Source of the DNA: Ancylonema sp.
Taxonomy: Eukaryota
Direction of reading: 5' to 3'
NCBI GenBank assembly: GCA_050230475.1
Contig: JBFLGF010000025.1
Coordinates: forward strand, 62,001 to 120,167
DNA length: 58,167 nucleotides
Positions within the stretch are counted from its first letter, which is position 1; each line of letters begins with the position of its first letter. Shown here piece after piece: positions 1 through 12,201 of this stretch. A model generated the notes under the pieces. That model had not been told where the DNA came from. It saw only the letters and a program-made list of their open reading frames with translations, and did not search any database. The translations under genes and the position numbers were made by a program.

Positions 1-899
1 CCGAGACGTGTCGGATTCGTATCCGGTTCGTGTCTGATGTTTGCCCAGGCGTCATCCATGGAGGTGTGGGTGAAGGACAGGTACAGGTCAAGGTAAGGGG
101 GGGTGCTGCGCTGTCTCTGGAGGTGGGGGGGGGGGCGGTTGGGGGAGTTGAGGCGGGCCGAGGCCTGAATGAAGGCGCAGGTGCAGTGCTTGTGAGACTG
201 GGTGGACTGCCAGGTGGCGTGAGATTCTGCCAGGTGGCAGAGGGTTGCAGGTAAAGACACGTCAGCCACTGGGGGTAGGGAGGTGCCTGCAGGGAAAGAT
301 GAGCGGTAGGATTGGAATAAGTTGTGGAACAAGCAACAAGAACATGATGATATGGTAAGGTGATGTCAGCGACAGAAAGGACGTAATCACGAAGTGCACC
401 GGTATTATTTCTCAGATTATGGCCAAAAAGTCCAAACGGTGCACCAAACTCCATAATCTAATCCTATAGAAACAGAAAACAGGCAGCAGAGACCAAAAAG
501 AAGACAAACCTCTTCATGCACTTATCGCCAGCTCCACACGTGTCCTGATTGAACTCACCTCCTTGCAGCCAGTGTCGTATTTCCTCTACGATTCCGCGCA
601 TGACTGTGGCCACGTCATCGCAACCGGACAGCGATCCCGCCATCCGATGGTCTGCCGCAATTCTGATGACCGTCAACTCCAACCCGTCCTGGCCGCCCAC
701 CGTCCTCGCCCCGAACGGCTTCCACGGGTATGCTGTTCCGGACAACCGCGCGCATCCGCCGCCGATGTCGATGGCGCGAACGGGACTGCGGTTGGCCGTC
801 AGCATTAGCATCTGCGGCAGGATTCCTACCGACCAGGGACGAATGGGGAGGAGGACGACGTCTTTGGTGGCGTCGGGATGCGCCACGGAAAAACTGCCG

Positions 900-1230
900 G
901 CCGGCCGGTCACAGACGGTCGGCACCGTACAAGAAACTGGCATCTTCGGGCGACTTGATGGAGGGGCTGATCGTGTCGAGGAGGACGGAACTGGGGGAGC
1001 GGGGGGGGAAAGTCGAGCTGTAGGACGAATCCAAATATGTGCTTCCTGTCCGCGAGGGGATTTTCAATGACGTTGTATCGGAGCCGCTCGATCTGGTTGG
1101 AACGGACGCTTCGTTCATCCATTCCTGGGTGGAGATCGGTGGGGAAACTGAATGTGATTTCCCGGGGCTGCATTTATCCGACTTCAGCCGCCTGATCGTC
1201 TGGCGGAAGTGGCCCCACAACGCGTCAATA
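900..1230 (-). pseudogene. Possible degenerate coding sequence, weakly uDENN-like; may extend to window start via splice-like sites near 558 and 286
   Basis: Reading VVGPLPP..*MQPREITFSFP..HIFGFVLQL then, after a frameshift in a C-run, FLYG resembles uDENN motif order. Contains stops; weak visual similarity only. Confidence 0.2.
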
Positions 1231-2016
1231 ATCGCCCATGATTCACGATCGCACGTTTCTGCCATGTGTCCTCGAAGCTTCCAACTTTTTTTGGACGTTT
1301 TGAAAACCAGGCGCTGCAGCCCCTTGAATAGGGCACCAGGACCACAAATAAAGAATTTACAAATGGAAGGCGGAATGTGAGGCTGGTGCCATATGTGAGG
1401 CTATTTCCCTGCGAGTCAGGAAAGATGTAGACTACAGAAGGACGATTACGTTATCGGATATAGAACTTGAAGATGCACTGAAATTTGCCTAATGGAGCAT
1501 GACCATGTACAGTGCGGCAGGGTGCTACCAAGAATGTGGGATGGCTTTGATTCCTTCGGTTCTCCGGTTCTACGGCCGCTGTGCGTCGGTTTGTAGACAG
1601 CTGACTATTCGAGGCAAGTAAGGCGGGATTTGTTTCAAGCATGTTTAAAGCATATTCCCACAGGCAAGTGGGAAGTACCGTACTGTCCTTGCCAGCGGCG
1701 GCCGGCAGATTTTGCGACACGTATTTCGGACGGAAATATCCCGCAGCACGTGACTAACATGTTTTCAGATTTTTGAGAATATTTAGGGTGCACTGACGTG
1801 TTAGCTCCTAAAACTCGCTGTCGATCGACTGCTTGTTGGCCAATCAACAGTTGGCCACAACTCCAGCGACCTGAGACATGAGATAACGGCGAATCTAAGA
1901 TAGATTCTGCGTCAACCAGACGATTCTCAATTAATGACTGCATTTATTTCGCATTTTCCGGCATCTACATGGGCTTGTATGATCGCATGAAATCAAATAA
2001 AATCGGGCTAAAACTC

Positions 2017-2813
2017 TGGTGTAAGTTGGTACTTGGAAGTGTGTTATTCGGAGCGAGGAAAGATTGTTGGGGAGTGACAAGTGAGGAGTGGGAAGTGGGG
2101 AGAGGGGGGTTATTTGAGGTAGTGTAATCAGTGAAGAGTGTTATGGGTGTAAAAATATAACAAATTTTGGGGTGTAAAAGTCGTTATGTTTTTCTTTCCG
2201 TTTTATTTAAGTATAATGTTGTAGGCAAGGATATATTTTGATATGGTGAGTGAATTTTAGATAAAGACGTTACCCATTTATTTATGTAGAATAGGACAGT
2301 GAGAAGTGAGGAATGTGTAGAGATGTTAGAATACAAGGTTGTGAGAGTGGAAAAACAAATGAGGATGATGTTTGAGATACGTGTTTCTAATTTTATTTAA
2401 TTCCGTGATAAGGTGACCCTTCATCACATTTTTTTGAGCCTCACATGAGCATCATTTCAGAAAATGAAAAAATATGAAGTCTTTATAACCATTCCAAGTT
2501 ACCTATAGCATTTTCCCTAGTGATATCTCTCGAAAATGGTAAAAAAACGCTATCTACAATGATGCATTGCATTGCAGGTTTTAATTACTTATTTGATATG
2601 CCTGACATTTTTTTGACATTTTTATAAGATGTGAATTAGAATAACATTCGCGAAAAGTGAATCTTCCGGGGCTTTTTCCCACGGAAAACACCTTAAAACC
2701 CCCAAAAACCGATAAAACCCTGAACAGCCGGTCCGGATTTTTTATCCAAGAGGACGGACCTCGGTCCGGAGTCGGGACCTCGGGACCCCGGTCCGCCGGT
2801 CCGTGCAACTATG
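2017..2813 (+). mobile_element. 5'-truncated copy of non-autonomous hAT element
   Basis: Colinear with 4192-4997 and ends in the same TIR CCGGTCCGTGCAACTATG; left end missing. Confidence 0.85.
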
Positions 2814-3670
2814 CTTATACTGTGTATATATTGCTATTGCTCGCAGATAACGATGTATGGAAGTCGAGAAAAATGTAGAAACCTCATGAACGGCACCCCA
2901 AATTCTCTACAACGTGTTCGAGTTGTTCGACATGTCATATAAAGAGAACGCCGCCTCTGTCCTCCTCGGATGGTCCAAAACTATCTAATTTTTTCATTCG
3001 CATGTCTTGGTATCATGACGCACTTGTATAGCTCGTATATTAACCCACTCGCGGAATTGGATAATCATGCCGAGGCAACTTACTCTAGAAAACACACAAT
3101 AAACACATTTGCTTATTCACTTTGCTGCATTCGCGAAGTCCTTTGATACAAGGACAGAGACTTCATATTCTAGTAGTAAATGTCGTTGAACGGTGTATAA
3201 CGACACCTCGATATAACTGTTAGATTTTTAGGTTCTGTGAACTTTTGTCTTTATATCGATTTTTAAGGCTTAAGTTTAGCTTTGTCGATTTTTCGTTTTG
3301 CCCGTCGATATGATTGTGATGTTACTATTCTGATGTTACTTGGCAGACGTGGGAGACATGTCGATAAGAGTAGGTGACTTGACACAATACTAGAATACGA
3401 TTGGTGTTGACTCATTAGTTCGATCAGTAGAGATCCTTTTAGAACCACACTCGACTGTACAAGGTCTAGCCTTGCATGCAGAATTCTATAATCAGACTTT
3501 TCTACTTCAAGCTTACACTTTTGCCATGTCCACGCTTGTAATGACGTGATCTGTCGATTCAAGAGTTTTCTGAGAGAGTTGTGCTTTATTCTTGCATCGA
3601 TGGCAGAAGAAAGCACTCACAATAACGACACTTTTTAGGAATTTTTTTGGTCGTTATATAGAGGGAGCAT
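2814..3670 (+). mobile_element. pogo/Tc1-mariner-like non-autonomous element, right part
   Basis: 2814-3190 matches 48104-48478. 3649-3668 is the reverse complement (18/20) of the TIR-like GCTCCCTCGAAATAACGACC at 47947. Confidence 0.6.
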
Positions 3671-3891
3671 ATTAATACATTGTATCTCTAGATTGCATTT
3701 TTGTTGTGTCGATGCTTGTAATGATGTGATCATTTGATTCAAAGGATTTAAGAGAAGTTTGCTATATTCTTGAATCGATGGCAGGAGAAATCACTCACAT
3801 CACAATATGTGTAGGAACTTGTCTTACAGACCAATGCTAACTTGTTGGGCCACCCATTATGTGGTACCTGTAAGAATTTCCTTCTAGAAAC

Positions 3892-4997
3892 CATAGTTGC
3901 ACGGACCGGTAACATTGGATTTTCGGACCGCGGTCGGACCGGGTTCCGAGTCGGGACCCGGTCGGACTGGGACCTTTTCGGTTTTTTTGATAGACAATTT
4001 TTCCGCGGGGAAAAAGGACGTGGTGCTTCATTTTTTTTATGTACCTCACATGTGTGATATACATGTGTCATTTGTGGCTTGCGAAGCTGTAGCAAAATTA
4101 CCAAGATAAATAAAATAAAATAGCATATTCATGTCCAACCGTCCATTGATTGCGATGGTGAAATTCAAAATTGACAAAATAGTTGAAATTTTGGTGTAAG
4201 TTGGTACTTGAAAGTGTGTTATTCGGAGTGAGGAAATAATTTTGGGGAGTGACAAGTTAGGAGTGGGAAGTGGGGAGAGAGGGGTTTATAACGGTGTTAT
4301 CGGGGTAAAAATATAACAAAAATTGTGGGTGTAGAAGTCTTAATGTTTTTCTTTCCGTTTTATATAAGTATGGAGCTGTAGGCAAGGATAGATGTTGACA
4401 CGGTAAGTATATTTTAGATAAGGAAGTTACCCATTTATTTATGTAGAATAGGAAAGTGAGAAGCGAGGACTGTATTTGCAAGGTAGAAAGAAGTTTGAAT
4501 ACAAGGTTGTGAGCGTGGAAAAAAAAAACCAGGATGATATCTGATATATGTGTTTCTAATTTTATTTAATTCCATGAATCAATTACTCTTCATAAAAAAA
4601 AATTGAGCCTCACATGAGCATCATTTCAGAATTACATTGTAACTTATGGAACATGAAAATATATGGAGTACTTAAAACCATTACAAATGCATTTTCTCAC
4701 GTGATATCTTTCAAAAGTGGTGAAAAAACTATATCTACAATTATGCATTGCAGGTTTTAATTACTTATTTGAAAGGTCAACATTTTAACATTTTTTTGAC
4801 ATTTTTATAATATGAGAAATATATTTATATTTGCGAAACAAAATACTTCCGGAGTTTTCTCTCCACGGAAAACACCTTAAAATCCACAAAAACCGATATT
4901 ATCCTAAACAGCCGGTCCGGATTTTTGACCCAAAAGGACGGACCTCGGTCCGGAGTCGGGACCTCGGGATCCCAATCCGCCGGTCCGTGCAACTATG
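3892..4997 (+). mobile_element. Complete non-autonomous hAT element
   Basis: 18-bp perfect TIR CATAGTTGCACGGACCGG; perfect 8-bp TSD CTAGAAAC (3884-3891, 4998-5005); GGACC/GGTCC subterminal repeats. Confidence 0.93.
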
Positions 4998-5938
4998 CTA
5001 GAAACCCATGTTGTATGTCACTTCTAGACATCACAACTTTCATTCAAATGAAATGATTGTATTCAGAAAAATCTTGGTGAGATGACTACTACAGTGGGGT
5101 TTGCTAATTCCCGCACATTGGCAACAATTAGCTTTAAAATCTTCAACAATTCGTATGACACGTTCAACTCCTGGAAATTACTTTTTTTGAAGCGTATCCC
5201 GTAAGAAAGTCTCATCTCTCAACACTCTACTACATAACATCTACCGATCAATACAAACCTTCACAACTACAAGCAACGTCATTCAAAAACCTCCAACTCT
5301 ACTTGCTACAATGTTTGTCACTATATACAATTTATAAATAAATTGTATGTACACTATCAATTTACCACATAGACGTCCTCTTCTTCTCTATTCCCAACCA
5401 GTACACATTTGTATGTATGTACACCTGATATGGTTTTCTCTTCCCTATAACCCACCAACTTCTCACAATGCAGCGGCGCACAAATTCTATGTACAACAAA
5501 GACACACACCATCCACACAAATCAACACCCTCCTTTTCAGCCTTCATGAATTCGACCTATTCGACCCCCACACCCCCTTTCCCCCACACATATGCCGTTT
5601 TCCTGGCCCTCCTCCCATATACTTCCATATTTTGCCACACATCTCAGTGGCAAAATGGCCACTCAATCTCCTCATTGCCCCTTCCCAACCCTCTCCCCAA
5701 CCCCCCTTCCCCCCCCGAACTCCGAACCCCGATCTCCACCCTGAACCCTGAACCCACAATACTCTTGAATTTCTCCACCCCCTACCTGGCACCCCTCCTG
5801 GCCCCCACCCTACCCCTCCTCCCCCCACCCCTCCCTGACCCCTCACCCCCTTCCTCCTTCCATTTCATCTCTTTCCCTACCACCCTCCACCCCATAACCG
5901 TACCCGCACCCCCCTCCCCCCGCCCCCCCTTACAAATT

Positions 5939-6166
5939 CTACCAGTCATCGTCATCCCTGAACGCCAGTTTTGGCAGAACAGCTTTCTTCTCCTCCTCCA
6001 TTTCGGTCATGAACCCCCCGTCCGAAAACTCGGGCGGCTGGAATTCTGGGGACTCCACAGCCGCCAGATTCTTGAGATCGACCACCGAGAGGTCATCCAG
6101 TCTCCTCACCACCAAATCTGCTGCCCCAAGTTCGTAGGCGGGGTGCATTCCTGCTACCGCGATGCA
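5939..6166 (-). CDS. PYRP2: PYRP2-like exon 4 (terminal)
   Basis: CIAVAGMHPAYELGAADLVVRRL...DDDW then TAG. Confidence 0.9.
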   Translation of the reverse strand, partial: CIAVAGMHPAYELGAADLVVRRLDDLSVVDLKNLAAVESPEFQPPEFSDGGFMTEMEEEKKAVLPKLAFRDDDDW

Positions 6167-8888
6167 CTGGGGGGGTGGGGGTGGGGGTGGGGGTGGGGGG
6201 GGGGAGGGGGAGGAGTGTCAGTGTTGGGTGGTTAGAAGTTGGGGTGGTATTGGGGAGTTTTGGCGTGGAGGGGAAGACGGAATAGGGAAGCTGGGGTGCT
6301 GGGGGGGGGGGGGGGGATACGAACGACATTTTATTTGAGTCACTTCATATCGGATTCCTATCCAGTAGCATGTCGAATTCTGATCTGCTTTGCGTCGGAT
6401 TTGTACCTTCATCATTGCCTCATGTGCTGCTTCCACGGTTTTGTTGCAGTTGCCAATCAGAATGCACCGTTCGGTGATGAGTCCCAACTTCTCTGCAGCA
6501 TACTGTTCCAGGGGGGAGTAGGGAAGGAAGGAGGGGGGAAAAGGAGAGTTCAGATACCACCTTGAATATGTTACTGCAGTTAGTGGAGTACTAGAATCCC
6601 TGCCCCTAGAAAAGAGAGAATGTTGGAACAAAGAAAAGAGAAAAACCCAAGGTTGTGAAATCTGTGGTAAAAGCTTTCAGTCATCGAAGTAAAATATGTT
6701 GAGTATTGCAGGGCACTTGACAAACTAGTTTCCACCTTCCCATTCTGCATAATCTGGGCACTCAGCCAACAGGTACCATCTATATAATCACACCCTCCGA
6801 AAAGGCACCCTCAATGTAGGCAAACACAAATCAAAAGCTCTATACAGTCTACCCTCGGAAAAGGCATGCCACTATAGGGGCACCAAACTACGGTCAATCT
6901 AGAAGGGTGCCTACAAAGAGGGTGGACTGTGGACTGTGGACTGTGGACGAGCTACCATGTGGATGTACTTGTTCCGCAACCCTAAACTTGCAAACCAGTA
7001 TTTAATCAAATTTGATTTCGGATCTGCCAATATCAGATTGAAGATGTTTTTCCGAACAGAAGGCTGCACAACGAAACATATCCTTGCCACGTGCCATGTG
7101 GCATCCGTGCCACGTGCCATGTGGCATCCGTGCAAAGAGCCAGGTGACACACAGACAGTATACAGTGGACTGTAGATTCAGAAACTTGGAGAAGATACCT
7201 TCGGGAGTACTGTGGACATGAGCCCGTTGAGGGCAGCATAGTGACACAAGTACTCTGGACCAACCCCATCCCACCCAACCGACTTCTTAATTACTCTGTA
7301 CCATGTCTGACGTGCTGATCTGGTCGAATCTGATTCGAGACTCATGCACAAGCCACATGGCACAGGATCGTATATCTAACGTCAACGTCAGACATCAGCC
7401 AACAGAAAGGGTTTCTCCCAAATAAAAGCCTACCACTCACCTAGCCTAACGTAACCTACCGTGAAAGTACCATGATCTTCATGTCGCTGACTGCACTGGA
7501 CACTACTGATTCCCATTCAGCGCCTATCTATGAACCTGAATTCGGTTCCGACTCCCAAAGACACGCTGAGTTTACCTTGTAATATTTAGCTACATAAAGA
7601 GACCAGTGTATGTGTTTGGTTACTTACTTCAACTGTGCACAACCCCTGACACACTCAAGACCTTCTCCCACACCCTGGTTGTCAGACCACTATCCGACGG
7701 TCGAGGCGCAAGTCCTCCTCCATTACATCTGTCGCTTCACTGTCAAACCTCCACAATCCACATAACACCTGACATACCTCAAACATCTCCGGGTCTGGTT
7801 TGGCGCGATACACGTCCTCTGCGCACAAGACCACGTCGAAAAGCCCTTCCATTCCAACGGCTTCGATCGCAGCTTCCAGGTACTTTCTAGGCCTCGTGGA
7901 GGTGACTGCTACAGGGATCTTGTGCTTCCTAAGCGTCTGCACGAACTCCCTGGCGCCAGGCAGGAGTCTGTAAACGCCCCCCTGCATCCCCTCGTAAAGC
8001 GCCTCCTTCCTATGCGCCAGGCGCTAGAGACTCTGGAAGTCCCTCGTCCAGCAGAGAACTTCCGAGAGCGCATGGGGTGCCTTCATTCCCTGGGCGCGCT
8101 TGAGCACGAAAGCCATCGGGAGTGCCCTGCCTTCCTCTTCCGCGAGTGCGGTCCAAGCTCTAGCCTCCAACCGTGCGTCATCCTCTACGATCACCCCCTC
8201 CCACTCAAAGACCACCCCCAGCCAGCCGCAGCCCATCCTGTGCTGCCGTTCTAACGGATTCTTCAGCGAAGGATCATCTGCCCTGTTTTTCATATACCGA
8301 GGCATGACCTCCGACTCTCCGGTACCGAGCGGAGACCGGCTGTCACTCTGCTCAGAGGTGTCGCGTCCCCATGGAACTTCCTCACGCCATGCTTTGGTAC
8401 TACTGTCTCTGCTGCTGTAGAGTCTATCTTCCATTGCTTCGTGCACCTGATTATTCCAATCAAGCCACAATACAGATGCATCTGGTCAGGATGGCCAAGT
8501 GATATCCCCTCTATATGATGTTGTTAAAGGAATACATCCACACACCAGAAATCAGAATTCATGATTGGCCTCGAATTGGATCTAAACATTGCTGACACAT
8601 CCGGCAGGGCCAACCGTAAGTCCCGAGCAGACCTTACATCTCGCTGCAGCCTCAACCCTTTCTTTTTGAAGGTTACCATAAGTGATGTGATGAGTTACTG
8701 ACCTGCTGGGAAGCCTGACACCTCAGCCGCCGACAAGCTTGCAAACCGGTGGGCAATCGTACACATCGAGCGTTTCCAGTATTTGTCGGGTGCCTATCTA
8801 GACAAAGATTGCTGCTACCTTCAGTACTTGGGAGTTTCACCCAGCGAGAAGACAAACTCAGTGTTTGGGCTGACACGGCGAGAGCCAT
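5939..8888 (-). CDS. PYRP2: Plastid HAD-family phosphatase, 5-amino-6-(5-phospho-D-ribitylamino)uracil phosphatase (At4g11570-like), 392 codons, one in-frame TAG at 8024-8026
   Basis: Exons 8888-8703, 8446-7778, 6502-6407, 6166-5939, all GT-AG phase 0. Motifs NPLERQHRMGCGWLGVVFEWEGV, SEVLCW, EDVYRAKPDPEMF, ERC..GN.N.TVEAAH, HPAYELGAADLVVRRLDDLSVVDLKNL. Transit-peptide-like N-terminus. Confidence 0.88.
6407..6502 (-). CDS. PYRP2: PYRP2-like exon 3
   Basis: YAAEKLGLITERCILIGNCNKTVEAAHEAMMK between CAG and GTAC. Confidence 0.9.
7778..8446 (-). CDS. PYRP2: PYRP2-like exon 2 (contains in-frame TAG)
   Basis: Acceptor TCAG, donor GTATGT; HAD core and cap; same frame on both sides of the TAG. Confidence 0.9.
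8703..8888 (-). CDS. PYRP2: PYRP2-like exon 1 (transit peptide)
   Basis: MALAVSAQ...RCQASQQ, donor GTCAGT; phase matches exon 2. Confidence 0.7.
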
Positions 8889-9440
8889 TTGGCGATTCCG
8901 CTCCAGAAGTGAAAGCGGGTTGATGAGCAACTAAGACAGTTATAGTGTAGAATTCCAAAACCAATAAAAACGCGGTGGAACAGACGCTTCCTCAACACGT
9001 GCGGGACAGGGCCACGGCAGGAAGGCACCGTTCGCACGCGCAGGAAGTTCGCTACTCGGTAGGACGGACGGAGCAAGTCGTCCAGATGTGAAGTTTCTGA
9101 CTCCAGTTCAGTTCAGGTGCATAGCGTGGGTACGTGTCGGTTTTGATACGTGGCGTATTTCGGAGCGAGGACTAGATCGGAATTTAGAATGCCTACGTGG
9201 CGATCTAAGATCAGAGGTTGATTTGTCCGGAATGTACCGGTATTTGAACGGAGTGCGACGTGGCTCCACCGGCGTTGTCCAAGATCATAGATACACGCCA
9301 GTCAAAATATCCGCCCGACGGCGTCCGCGCGCGGCTTCGCCCGAGGGCGAAAACGCGGGCGTGAATGTCCACGTGGCGGACAGGTATACACGTGGCGGGT
9401 GGGTTCTGGTTTTTTCAGTTTCTGAAACTCCACAATAATC

Positions 9441-10141
9441 GAGATAAAAAAACAAAAAGTACTATCAACTGCATGGTCCCATCTACATTACCCCCTTTTT
9501 TTATATAAAAATATCATAAAACGTCTTGAAACGTCAATGTTGTTTTGAAATTGCTTTCTTTAAAGGGAGAGCCATAAGGCACCCCCCAAAGCGACTGCGG
9601 GCACCCCCCTTCAACTACCTACAGTTTTTCTTTTAAAAATAGCCAAATTCCAAAAGTTAGAGCTTCCAAACCATAGTTGGGTTTATGGAGTGCGAGTCGC
9701 GTACGCACTTGTGCAGCACGTGTGCATATATCTCGCGCGTGGTGCGCGGCCATAGGCGTTATAATTATAACCCCAACACCCGGGGTGGGGGGGTACTTTC
9801 TATAGTCCAAGGAGGCCGGGAAGTTTCAAAACTGTGATGTGGACGTGGGTCACGGGTTAGAATGTCGAAATATACTATTTAGGGCCTAAAAAGTTACACC
9901 AAACTACGTGCAGCGTATGATGCTAAGTACTCAGTACTTGGCCAAATTTCGACGAGTTAAGTTTAATCACTGAACTTTTCCCGGTGTCGCACGCGTGCGC
10001 TCGCGCACGCTTGCCGCACACGTGGCAAATGTCGCCACGTGCCGCACGTGTGGAAAGTTTGCGTTATTCAAAATATTGTGTCTTTGTATTGTAGAGGGGC
10101 CCATGTAGTTTACATCGGCATTTTTTTTTTGGAAAATACTC
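9441..10141. mobile_element. Probable non-autonomous Mutator-like element
   Basis: Imperfect inverted ends sharing AACT(G/A)CATGG(T/G)CCC(A/C)TCTACA(T/A)TAC; internal CACGTG/CGCG-rich blocks resemble 18090-18150. No TSD recognised. Confidence 0.5.
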
Positions 10142-10329
10142 TTTGTTAAGCTTACCGGGTCTGCAGTCTAGTTGTAATGCGTCGAGAGTTCTCATTGGAT
10201 TGGAATACATACCAAAGGTTCGACCTTTGGGTCCGCGAACCACATGTCCTTTCCATACGCTAATATGTGATCCTGAACGTACACTTCAGTCCGATCGAAA
10301 TCATCCTACCCACAAATATCCTAGCCGAA

Positions 10330-10920
10330 ATCTCAAACGACAATATTAACTAATGGATCATTCTCATCCACTCTATCATTCGCGCTACATTGCCGCCGAT
10401 CACAAGCCACCCAGGCGGCACTCTTTGTTGAGACGTTCGCACACCGGACGCGCGATATACAAAAATGAAACCGAAAGCAAAACGGCTTCCTAAATCGATC
10501 CCGCAAGAGCGTCTGAATGTTGATCACTATACTGATCATTAAATAGTTACGACAACACTTGCCCACCCGCGAACACGTACATAGGTTAGTTCCCAACCGC
10601 CTACCGCACTACCTCATATCACATGCCACCGGCATCAACCTTAAGGGTCATTCACGGCCGGGACCGTACGGCACACACGTGTCACACGTGCGATGTATAA
10701 TAATGCTGACACAATGTCGATGGTGACCTCGTAAGCACGAAAGAGTCCTCACGACAGCCCGTTTCTTTGTGCGAGTCCGCTTTCATACGCCCGGAAGTGG
10801 ATGCGTCAAGGTCACCCGGAAGGTGTGCCGTTCGTACTTCACACTCAACAAACTTATCCCTGATAATAGATTACTTGTAGTCCCCATAGCAATCTCAGAG
10901 GTATAATTTCACGAATTCGC
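10330..10920 (-). repeat. Dispersed repeat, probable solo-LTR relative of 30660-31247
   Basis: Shared block CGGCCGGGACCGTACGG(C/A)ACACACGTG with about 30900-30965 and similar flanking motifs; ends approximate. Confidence 0.5.
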
Positions 10921-10934
10921 CGTTTTTTTTTTAA

Positions 10935-12201
10935 ACCGGTTCCGAGATGGAACGTGTTCGGAACCGGGCCAACCGGGTGATTTTTGGGTTTTCCTCCTAT
11001 CCGCGTAGAAATATATTTCCACAACCACATTCATTAGGGGCGGGTAATGTATGATAGTACGGATATACACTTACGGCAACCCGTCACCTCTCGTGAATGC
11101 AATTGCATATATTACTAGATATATTATCAATATATTGTTTAAATGTACAAAAATGTTCCATTCGTAGAAATATGGCGCAAGGTTTCTATGTTACAATTTG
11201 CTTGAGTGCGGCAATCCAAAACGTGGTGTATATTTATCTGCCGATAGCTCATTGCGAGCGTACGAGTATATGTACAAGATGCATAGAAGTATAAGCATCT
11301 TTATCGAAGTGCCATGAAAAACGAGGAGATAAATGCTCATTAATGGCATGTGAATAATGTATACATAAAGGTAAGAAAAGCAGGAGGGAAAGTGCATTGG
11401 GAATGTCCTTCACCTAGAATATTCTGACTATTGTACAAGTCGAAGAAGGCAAATGATAGAATCAGAATCGAGAAAAATATTGTGCGTTTATAAATAGAAC
11501 ATTGAAAAAATAATTTAGGGTGGACGGATAAGATCTACAAATTATCTGAAAATTGTGGATATCGAGAGCATAACAAGATAATAGTAGTCTAGAGAAGTAT
11601 GAGGTCTAGATGGGTGTGAAAATGTTGAACTACAATAGGAAATTACCAGCATGGAATTATCGTGTTGAACTTTACTAATGAACTTGAATGAGTGAAATAG
11701 TAAATATGGAAGAACGATGTAACAAGTGGCATTATAAAATTGTTGAAATTTAATTATCGCAATGTATGAACTTTTTGGCATGGAAGTATTACACCTTTAT
11801 GGAAATGAGGAGAAACATATTGAAAGAAGCAGTTTTTCGGATATGCATAATGAGATACAACTTTTTCAATCAACTTGTTGTACATGAATGGAAACATGAA
11901 ATATTGACAAACCTTACAAAACAGAGAAATAAAGGAAAAAGCAAGAGGTGTATACATGTGGACAACTCTTAGAAAGGTATTTGTGATGTTAATTATTTAT
12001 GTGTTTTTTTTATGGATAGCTTCTCAAGCTACACATGAAAAATTTATGTGCCAGTTATTTTTGTAGTATACAACCCCTTCAATATATTTTTTGAACTTTT
12101 AAAATCGTACTTTCTAGCGTTCCGAACTACAGGCCCCTTTTGTCGGAACCGGTTCCACCTAAGATCCGGTCCGTAACCGGTACTTAGTTCGTACAACTAT
12201 G
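10935..12201 (+). mobile_element. Divergent hAT-like non-autonomous element
   Basis: Ends in TTCGTACAACTATG, like the TCCGTGCAACTATG TIR; CCGG/GAACC subterminal repeats at both ends. Left TIR not found. Confidence 0.5.

Noticed and set aside
5468..6235. 255-aa proline-rich plus-strand ORF
   Set aside because: Antisense to PYRP2 exon 4 and its UTR; open because of C-rich low complexity.
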